A stretch of DNA of 15,673 nt from Candidatus Thorarchaeota archaeon (GTDB lineage Archaea > Asgardarchaeota > Thorarchaeia > Thorarchaeales > Thorarchaeaceae): contig PRDH01000079.1 in NCBI GenBank assembly GCA_003345545.1, forward strand, positions 1-15,673, read 5' to 3'. The position numbers and the translations under genes were made by a program. This document shows positions 7,463 to 14,258 of this stretch, piece after piece (within the stretch, counting starts at the first letter, position 1; each line of letters starts with the position of its first letter). The notes below the pieces were generated by a model. It was not told the DNA's origin and searched no databases. It saw only the letters and a list, made by a program, of their open reading frames with translations.

Positions 7463-7623
7463 GCTCTTTCGAACTAGCAGGAGCGATTTTGTGATGCGCT
7501 AAAAAGGTTGTTGTTAATTATACAGTCGTCCTAACAACGATTACTTGCTGAATACGAAAACAATTGAGGGAATAGGGCCATGATGGGGTATCTCTGCCGC
7601 ATAATGTTTCGTGGAATGAGTGT

Positions 7624-8028
7624 CTATTCTGAAGCAATGAAAGTCCTGTACGCATCTGCCTTCATTAGCTTTGCCAGATCGGCTTTCAGATTCGAGGGCT
7701 TAATCTTGAACATCCAGCCCTTTCCGTAGCAGTCTTCGTTGACAATCTCAGGTGCATCCTCAAGCTCAGTGTTCACTTCAACGATTTTACCACTGACTGG
7801 TGAGAAAATATCAGACGATGCCTTCATAGACTCTACAAGTCCGCATTCCTCACCTGCTTTGACGACAGTGTCAACCTCAGAGATCTCGACAAATGTGATC
7901 TCGTGTAGGGAGTTCTGAGCATGGTCCGTTATTCCAACGACAACGATATCACCTTGAACCCTGGCATACTCATGGTCCTTGGTGTAATATAGTCCATCTT
8001 TGACTTCGGTGCCATCCATATAGTTCAC
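7624..8028 (-). CDS. gcvH: Glycine cleavage system H protein
   Basis: YYTKDHEY, VGITDHAQ, VESMKAS (lipoyl lysine) and PEIVNEDCYGKGW. Start is GTG 8028 or ATG 8019 (the latter has a GGTGA RBS). Confidence 0.96.
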   Translation of the reverse strand: MNYMDGTEVKDGLYYTKDHEYARVQGDIVVVGITDHAQNSLHEITFVEISEVDTVVKAGEECGLVESMKASSDIFSPVSGKIVEVNTELEDAPEIVNEDCYGKGWMFKIKPSNLKADLAKLMKADAYRTFIASE

Positions 8029-8054
8029 CAGCAGCCTCGGGTTATTGCATTCTG

Positions 8055-8060
8055 TTTAAA
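8055..8060 (-). promoter_or_regulatory. Putative internal TATA box for gcvH
   Basis: TTTAAA about 27-32 nt upstream of GTG 8028 in the 44-nt gcvT-gcvH spacer. Confidence 0.5.
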
Positions 8061-8072
8061 TCAGTTTGGATG

Positions 8073-9218
8073 TTACACGGTGCGCGATCCACCATACCTT
8101 TGAGGGTCGTAGAAGGGCCACTCGGCAATCTCGGCCTTCCGATGACGCCCCTTGATATCGATCTCAATTATGTCCCCTGTGTTGACTGTATTGGGGGGGA
8201 CATATCCAAGGCCTATCCCCTTGTTCAAGACTGGAGAAACACCCCCACTGGTTGTCTGACCGATTACGTTTCCATTCAGAAGAATAGGGTAGTGTTCGCG
8301 TGGGATTCCACGATCAATCATCACGAATCCGATACGCGTCTTCTTCACACCGTCTTCCTTGTGACTCCTGACTGTATCGAAGCCAATGTAGTGGGGTTCT
8401 ACCTTGAACTTGACGGCATACGGAATCTTGGCCTCAATCGGAGATGTTTCCTCGTCAAGCTCGTGACCATATAGAACAAACCCTGCCTCAAGACGAGTCG
8501 AGTCTCTGGCACCTAGGCCGCAGGGCTTGATACCAAACTCAACGCCCTGTGCAAGAAGATTCTCCCAGAAGGCTATGGCTCTCTTCTTGCCCTCATCAGT
8601 AAAGGGACAGTCTAGTATGAGAACCTCAGCACCGTCCTCACCAGTGTAGCCAGTTCTGCACAGGTATGTATCATATCCAGCAATATCAACGGGGTAGCAG
8701 GTAAATCTGTTGTACCCACTGAGATCGCGTCCTGCAATCTTGCTCAGTAGTTGGAGCGCTTTCGGGCCTTGCACAGCAATCATAGCAATCTCTGAGGACC
8801 TGTCTATAACCTTGACATCAAATGACTTGGAGTTCTTCGACAGATGCCTCTTGATCTTCGGGCCATTCGAGGCATTGGTGATCCAGATATACTCATCAGT
8901 GCCAATCCTGTAGAGCATCAGGTCATCATGTATGCCCCCGTGCTCGTTCAGGCACGTCGTGTAGTGTCCGTCATTTACATCGAGTTTGCTCACATTATTA
9001 GTAGTCATCTTCTGGAGGAATTCCGCGGCCTGTGGGCCTCTGATAAAGAACCGGAACATATGACTCGTGTCAAATATGCCGACTCCTTCTCTGACCGCCA
9101 TATGTTCTTCTCTGATGTCACTGTACCTGACAGGCATCTCCCACCCTGCAAAGGGAATCACATCGCCATGCGTTTTATGCCAGTCATAGAGCTGGGTTCG
9201 TTTCAACGCGTCACTCAT
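8073..9218 (-). CDS. gcvT: Glycine cleavage system T protein (aminomethyltransferase)
   Basis: LKRTQLYDWH, FAGWEMPVRY, FDTSHM, AVQGP, RTGYTGEDG and GLGARDSTRLEAG; GAGGT RBS. Confidence 0.97.
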   Translation of the reverse strand: MSDALKRTQLYDWHKTHGDVIPFAGWEMPVRYSDIREEHMAVREGVGIFDTSHMFRFFIRGPQAAEFLQKMTTNNVSKLDVNDGHYTTCLNEHGGIHDDLMLYRIGTDEYIWITNASNGPKIKRHLSKNSKSFDVKVIDRSSEIAMIAVQGPKALQLLSKIAGRDLSGYNRFTCYPVDIAGYDTYLCRTGYTGEDGAEVLILDCPFTDEGKKRAIAFWENLLAQGVEFGIKPCGLGARDSTRLEAGFVLYGHELDEETSPIEAKIPYAVKFKVEPHYIGFDTVRSHKEDGVKKTRIGFVMIDRGIPREHYPILLNGNVIGQTTSGGVSPVLNKGIGLGYVPPNTVNTGDIIEIDIKGRHRKAEIAEWPFYDPQRYGGSRTV

Positions 9219-9306
9219 TGAGATACCTCGTTCATTTCTTGGTTTGTGACTACATCAGCTACATTTTATCTCCTTCTATACAGACTCTGAATAGAGGCGA
9301 ACATGA

Positions 9307-10176
9307 TTGAGACTGCCCTATGTTGACGTGTCGGGGCTTCGGATTGGAGAGGGATATCCTGTTCGAATCATGGGAGTCCTTAACGTTTCACCGGAGTCGT
9401 TCTACAAGGACTCGGTTGCTATCGATGAAGACTCTATCCAGCAAGCCGTTGGTAGATTCGAGAGAGAGGGCGCAGATATCATCGACATAGGTGGAGCCTC
9501 AACAGCTCCCAGGAATATCTATGGCGCTCCTGAAGTAAGTGCCAGTGAGGAACTCAGACGGGTCACAGAAGCTATTGCCATCATAACTACGATGACCAAG
9601 ATTCCATTATCCATCGATACTGTTTCTTCTGTGGTGGCCAAAAAAGCACTTGATTTAGGAGCGTCGGTCATAAATGACGTGTCTGGATTGAGAGCGGACT
9701 CAAAGATGGCGAAGCTGGTGGCGGACAGAGCAGTTCCAGTCATACTCATGGCGAACTGTGGAGGCCCTTGTGTTAGCTATCAGGCTTCGATAGACTCGTT
9801 GAGAAACAGCCTCTCGATAGCCCTTGAAACAGGAATTGAATCAAGTATGACACTAGTTGACCCAGGGATAGGCTTTGGCAAGCAACCTGAAGTCGACTAT
9901 GAGATACTGCATAATCTGCATGCGTTTACTGCGCTTCATCGTCCCGTGCTTGTAGGTGTGTCCCGGAAGGCCTTCATCGGGAATAAGCTGGGACAACCAG
10001 ACCCCTCTGATCGACTTCTGGGATCGATTGCAGCAACCTCAGTAGCAGTATACAACGGGGCCAGTGTCATACGAACACATGATGTCAAAGAAACAAGAAT
10101 TGCAGTTGTAATAGGAGAAGCAATTCGAGGGAATGCACGGGAAAGGCGAAGGGACCAGATGGAGGACTCGCAATGA
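9307..10176 (+). CDS. folP: Dihydropteroate synthase
   Basis: IMGVLNVSPESF, DIIDIGGAST, SIDT, INDVSG, DPGIGFGK, SRKAFIG and RTHDV. TTG start, exact position uncertain. Confidence 0.95.
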   Translation: MRLPYVDVSGLRIGEGYPVRIMGVLNVSPESFYKDSVAIDEDSIQQAVGRFEREGADIIDIGGASTAPRNIYGAPEVSASEELRRVTEAIAIITTMTKIPLSIDTVSSVVAKKALDLGASVINDVSGLRADSKMAKLVADRAVPVILMANCGGPCVSYQASIDSLRNSLSIALETGIESSMTLVDPGIGFGKQPEVDYEILHNLHAFTALHRPVLVGVSRKAFIGNKLGQPDPSDRLLGSIAATSVAVYNGASVIRTHDVKETRIAVVIGEAIRGNARERRRDQMEDSQ

Positions 10177-10886
10177 GGTGGCTTGATTGGCAACCAGTCT
10201 ATCTTGATATCGTCAATAGACTGAACCTAGACCCAGCCATGGATCGAGAGGCAACAAGGCTGCTCACAGAGATACTGATGGAAGTCGAGCCGAATCCACT
10301 GCTTCGTCAGTTGCAGGAAAAAATCCAAGGTAAGACAGTTGTCATTTGCGGGGCAGGGCCTTCACTTGAAACACACCTTCAATCTGTGATGAGTACTAGA
10401 ATTGGCTCAAGTTTCGTCTATGTTGCAGCAGATGGTGCAGTGTCAGCTCTTCTGAATCTAGACTGTAAATGCAGTGTCATTACCACGGACCTCGATGGCA
10501 ATCTGGATGATATAGAAGAGGCCACAGGGGGCGGGGCAGTGACAATTGTCCATGCCCATGGAGACAATATGGACAAGGTGAGGGAAGTAGTTCCGAAACT
10601 GGGAACAGTGCTCGGAAGCACACAGGTGGAACCAACTGAACGTGCCTTTCTCTGGGGCGGCTTCACTGATGGTGACCGAGCGTGTCATATAGTAACAGAC
10701 TATTCACCAGACAGAATCATCCTCGCGGGCATGGACTTTGGTGGCCTCGTAGGAAAGTGGTCCAAACCAATGCATGAAACTCACTTCCCAGCGAGCAAAC
10801 GAAAGAGAATCAAACTCAGTATTGCTAAGCAGCTGATATCGTCATTGATAGAGCGAACAGCTATACCCTTCACTGTACTCAAGTGA
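10173..10886 (+). CDS. mptE: 6-hydroxymethyl-7,8-dihydropterin pyrophosphokinase, archaeal MptE type
   Basis: GAGPSL, AADGA, TTDLDG, VHAHGDN, GSTQVEP, GGFTDGDRA and LAGMDF motifs; ATGA overlap with the folP stop. Confidence 0.93.
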   Translation: MRWLDWQPVYLDIVNRLNLDPAMDREATRLLTEILMEVEPNPLLRQLQEKIQGKTVVICGAGPSLETHLQSVMSTRIGSSFVYVAADGAVSALLNLDCKCSVITTDLDGNLDDIEEATGGGAVTIVHAHGDNMDKVREVVPKLGTVLGSTQVEPTERAFLWGGFTDGDRACHIVTDYSPDRIILAGMDFGGLVGKWSKPMHETHFPASKRKRIKLSIAKQLISSLIERTAIPFTVLK

Positions 10887-10917
10887 GATTCGAGATGGGC
10901 ACGCGAAGGCATAATGC

Positions 10918-11340
10918 CTAGAGTTGGCCTGTCTTAATGGCCCACAGATAGCTGAAGATAAGGAATGCTACACCAGACATGATGATACCTAGAATCATGA
11001 GCCGGGTGGCATAACCTGGCTGAAATACATACTTTGATCCGTAGTAGATAAGACCAAGGCCTATCACGCCCACAAAAATGACAACCGATGCAACGACACC
11101 TTCCATACCGAGCTGCACATCAAGACCCGGAGCCACGAGAATAGGCGTTCCACCAGAGCTTCCTGCAATTGCAGGCGGGGTTCTCACGAGCGTGTATACA
11201 TTACCACCGAGGACGAATAAGACAGCAATGAGCATGAGGCCAAATATGACTGTGTCTGGAGGCCTGGTCGGCATCCTGAACTTGGGCCTTGAAAGCCTCA
11301 CTTTGGGTCGTAGAATGATTCTCGGCCACCAAGCTCGCAT
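10918..11340 (-). CDS. DC2/OSTC-like (OST3/OST6 family) oligosaccharyltransferase accessory subunit
   Basis: 140 aa, three TMs, Pro/basic N-terminus. GGNVYTLVRTPPAIAG and QLGMEGVVASVVIFVGVIGL align by eye with eukaryotic DC2 as recalled ([35 protein letters not shown]). No thioredoxin domain. Confidence 0.8.
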   Translation of the reverse strand: MRAWWPRIILRPKVRLSRPKFRMPTRPPDTVIFGLMLIAVLFVLGGNVYTLVRTPPAIAGSSGGTPILVAPGLDVQLGMEGVVASVVIFVGVIGLGLIYYGSKYVFQPGYATRLMILGIIMSGVAFLIFSYLWAIKTGQL

Positions 11341-11372
11341 AGTCTTACCTCAGGGGTTCGAATTTGCGTCTG

Positions 11373-11444
11373 CTTTTAAGAGTATCGAGAAATCAATCAC
11401 CGTACTAGTAGCAGACCTTCAGAATCTGCGGTGTGTATTTAAAA
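11373..11444. promoter_or_regulatory. Divergent promoter region of DC2-like gene and topA
   Basis: CTTTTAAG at 11373-11380 (CTTAAAAG on the minus strand, about 35 nt above the DC2-like ATG) and TTTAAAA at 11438-11444 upstream of the topA TTG. Confidence 0.45.
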
Positions 11445-11492
11445 CTCCGGAGCTTATTCTGCGTGAGAGGAAAGATAGAGAGGCGAAAAGCA

Positions 11493-13616
11493 TTGCCCCG
11501 ATTGATGGTCCTTACCGAAAAACCAACAGCGGCAAAGAAGATTGCTACCGCTCTTGACGAGAAAAGGTCACCTAAGGAGGTCAAGAGAGGAAAGACATCA
11601 TACTATGAATGCAAGAGAGGAAGTGATGAGCTCATTGTCACATATGCTCTGGGGCATCTCTTCGAGCTTCAGCAGGTTGAGAAGGGCTGGACTTATCCCC
11701 GCATGGAGAGTAAATGGGTTCCGAAGTATGAGGTCGATAAGAAGGCAACCAATACCAGACCAATCATAAACCTAATTCAGAAGTTATCACGAGATGTAGA
11801 TGGATTCATTGTTGCGACCGACTATGACGTCGAGGGCAGTCTGATTGGATATCTCGTCCTGAAATATGCCTGCAGAGCGGACCCGATGAGGGCACATCGG
11901 ATGCTGTTCTCTGCATTGACTGAAACGGATCTGGAGAAGGCCTATGATACCAGAGGCGCTCTGGATTTTCCAGTTATTGAGGCAGGCCATGTTCGCCATG
12001 AAGTCGATTGGTTATATGGTATCAACCTGACGAGAGCTCTGACTCTGTCCATCAAGAGAGCAGCTGGCTGGTTCAAGGTGGTTTCAACAGGACGCGTTCA
12101 AGGGCCAACTCTCTCATTCATAGCTCAGAGGGAGAGAGAGATCAATCTCTTCATCCCGACGCCATTCTGGACAATTCATGTGATTGGTGCTCACAATGAT
12201 GATGAGATTGAGTTGGAATACTCTAGGCGGCAGATCTCATCAGAGCGGGACGCCAACAGGATTGTGAGTGAGCTGAGTGGACAGAATGCAATAGTGAGCT
12301 CTATAGAAAAGCGGACTGTTACTCAGCAACCACATCCGCCATTCAATCTAAGTTCGCTTCAGGCTGAGGCCTACAGACAATTCGGTTTCAAGCCCAGCCG
12401 AACCCTTGCAATAGCGCAAGGGCTCTATCTTGATGCCCTAATATCCTATCCAAGAACAGATAGTGAGATGCTTCCTCCCACATTGGACATCAAAAACATA
12501 CTTACTGGCCTAGGAGGTATTAAGGACTATACGTCAATGGTGGCGACCATTCTAAGGGGGAATCTAGTACCGATTCAAGGAAAGAAGACGGATCCAGCAC
12601 ATCCGGCAATACATCCCACGGGAGAGCGACCAATCAAACAGCTACCACCGAGCGATAAGAAAGTCTTCGACCTCATCGTACGAAGATTTCTCTCGCTCTT
12701 TGGAGAGCCGATTATCAAGAATCATCTGAGAGCTGATATTAAGAGCGGCAATCATTGTCTATACGCAAGAGGGCTCCAGATTGTGAGAAAGGGATGGCTA
12801 GAGTTCTATGAGCCCTACTTCAAGCCCGAAGAGAGGGCGCTCCCTACTATTAAGGTGGGCGACACTATCCATCTTGTATCCGTAGACTCTGAGAACAAAT
12901 ACACGGAGGGGCCTGCCCGGTTCAACCCATCTAGCCTCCTGAAACTACTAGAGAGAAAGAATCTTGGAACAAAAGCCACAAGATCGAGTATTGTAGATTC
13001 AGTGAAATCGAGAGGATACACCCAAGGAGAGAGGTTTGAACTCTCTACTCTTGGATATGCTGTTTTTGAAACTCTGAACCAGTACGTCCCTGAGATGCTC
13101 TCACCAGAGATGACAATACGACTAGAGGTAGAGATGGAGCGCGTTCAGAGCGGTTTCAAGAGTCGGGAGAGTGTCGTCACTGAAGCAAAGAGCGAGCTCC
13201 TCAGAAATCTCGAGGAATTCAAGAACAAAGAGGACAAGATAGGCGAAACACTGGTCAAGGGGCTTCAGAGATATTGGAGGGACACCGAAGAACTTGGGCC
13301 GTGCCCAAAATGTGATGATGGTATCCTCAAAATCGTAAGGTCTCCAAAGACTGGAAAAAGATTCGTGGGATGCTCAAACTACAGGGAAGGCACATGCGAT
13401 CAGACATTTCCACTTCCACAGAAGGGAACTATTGCGCCTCTTGATGATGTCTGCCCGCATTGCAGCCATAGAATGATAAAGGTGATTTCTGGGCGGCGGA
13501 CATGGACCACGTGCATTAACTGGTCGAAATGCCCAGGAAGACAAGAGGACCTCAAGGCTCTGGATGAGAGAAGAGCCAAGAGGAATGGTGGTGCTGTTGG
13601 AGGACAGGAATCATGA
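11493..13616 (+). CDS. topA: Type IA DNA topoisomerase (archaeal TopA/Topo III type) with C-terminal Zn ribbons
   Basis: Toprim TEKP and ATDYDVEG, STGRVQGPTL, catalytic ISYPRTDS, AHPAIHPT, LGTKATR, and Cys4 ribbons (CPKC..C..C, CPHC..C..C). TTG 11493 with GAGG RBS is preferred over the track start at 11433. Confidence 0.96.
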   Translation: MPRLMVLTEKPTAAKKIATALDEKRSPKEVKRGKTSYYECKRGSDELIVTYALGHLFELQQVEKGWTYPRMESKWVPKYEVDKKATNTRPIINLIQKLSRDVDGFIVATDYDVEGSLIGYLVLKYACRADPMRAHRMLFSALTETDLEKAYDTRGALDFPVIEAGHVRHEVDWLYGINLTRALTLSIKRAAGWFKVVSTGRVQGPTLSFIAQREREINLFIPTPFWTIHVIGAHNDDEIELEYSRRQISSERDANRIVSELSGQNAIVSSIEKRTVTQQPHPPFNLSSLQAEAYRQFGFKPSRTLAIAQGLYLDALISYPRTDSEMLPPTLDIKNILTGLGGIKDYTSMVATILRGNLVPIQGKKTDPAHPAIHPTGERPIKQLPPSDKKVFDLIVRRFLSLFGEPIIKNHLRADIKSGNHCLYARGLQIVRKGWLEFYEPYFKPEERALPTIKVGDTIHLVSVDSENKYTEGPARFNPSSLLKLLERKNLGTKATRSSIVDSVKSRGYTQGERFELSTLGYAVFETLNQYVPEMLSPEMTIRLEVEMERVQSGFKSRESVVTEAKSELLRNLEEFKNKEDKIGETLVKGLQRYWRDTEELGPCPKCDDGILKIVRSPKTGKRFVGCSNYREGTCDQTFPLPQKGTIAPLDDVCPHCSHRMIKVISGRRTWTTCINWSKCPGRQEDLKALDERRAKRNGGAVGGQES

Positions 13617-13834
13617 AAGAGTGTCGAATCTGTGGTCGCGACGGTACTGAGGAGGACCTCTGTGAGTATCATAGCGCCGCCTATACTAGTCTCAAATCTG
13701 TCTTTGAGAAGTGGGCAGCGGCAGTGGAGGAACTGACCTGGGAGAAGTACATTGATAGTGTCAGGGAGCTCGAGAACACTGGGCAGTGGATTAGAGAAAT
13801 AATCGACGACATCAGGTCACAAGATGATTCCTGA
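13613..13834 (+). CDS. Small CCCH zinc-finger hypothetical protein coupled to topA
   Basis: CRICGR-x7-CEYH followed by amphipathic Trp-rich helices; ATGA overlap with the topA stop and GGAGG/AGGA RBS upstream. Confidence 0.8.
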   Translation: MKECRICGRDGTEEDLCEYHSAAYTSLKSVFEKWAAAVEELTWEKYIDSVRELENTGQWIREIIDDIRSQDDS

Positions 13835-14156
13835 GAAGAGATACTATCTCAAGCACCACTTCACGATTCATCTGTGCGATGCCTATGACGACCAGACAAG
13901 TTCGATTGGTCCAATATGCAACTCGCTCACTCACTGTTCGTACCAGAGCATTGTCAACTCCCATTGACAATAACCCCGTCGAAGTTGGTTCTGAACTTCC
14001 TTGCCCAGGTGGAATTGCTACTGCCGAGATGCCCAGCCTAAAACGTTCTTTGTCTGATATCAGTATCAGAAGTCCATTCTCAAGATCTAGAATCCGAACT
14101 CTAATTGTGCCCATGCTGGTTTCTGATGAGAACTCGGATATGTCATCAAATTTCAT
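13812..14156 (-). CDS. PAC4/PAC3-like proteasome assembly chaperone (putative)
   Basis: 114 aa with a beta-beta-beta..helix-beta-helix pattern. IRVRILDLENGLLILIS..LGISAVAIP..PTSTGLL..VRTVSERVAYWTNRTCLVVI resembles the PSMG4/PAC4 family pattern as recalled. Confidence 0.6.
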   Translation of the reverse strand: MKFDDISEFSSETSMGTIRVRILDLENGLLILISDKERFRLGISAVAIPPGQGSSEPTSTGLLSMGVDNALVRTVSERVAYWTNRTCLVVIGIAQMNREVVLEIVSLLRNHLVT

Positions 14157-14258
14157 GAGAGGTCACGAAATCTTCGGGGGACACTTGGTTAAATCAATAC
14201 CGAAACTTGAAGCAACATGGTTATCAATGCCAGCGGTTGATTGAGCCTTGGCACCCCC

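Noticed and set aside
8070-10688. Shadow ORFs over gcvT, folP and mptE
   Set aside because: Almost fully overlap confident enzyme genes and have no independent support.
11433-11492. N-terminal extension of topA given by the ORF track
   Set aside because: It contains a TATA-like TTTAAAA and the GAGG RBS, and Toprim homology begins only at about 11500.
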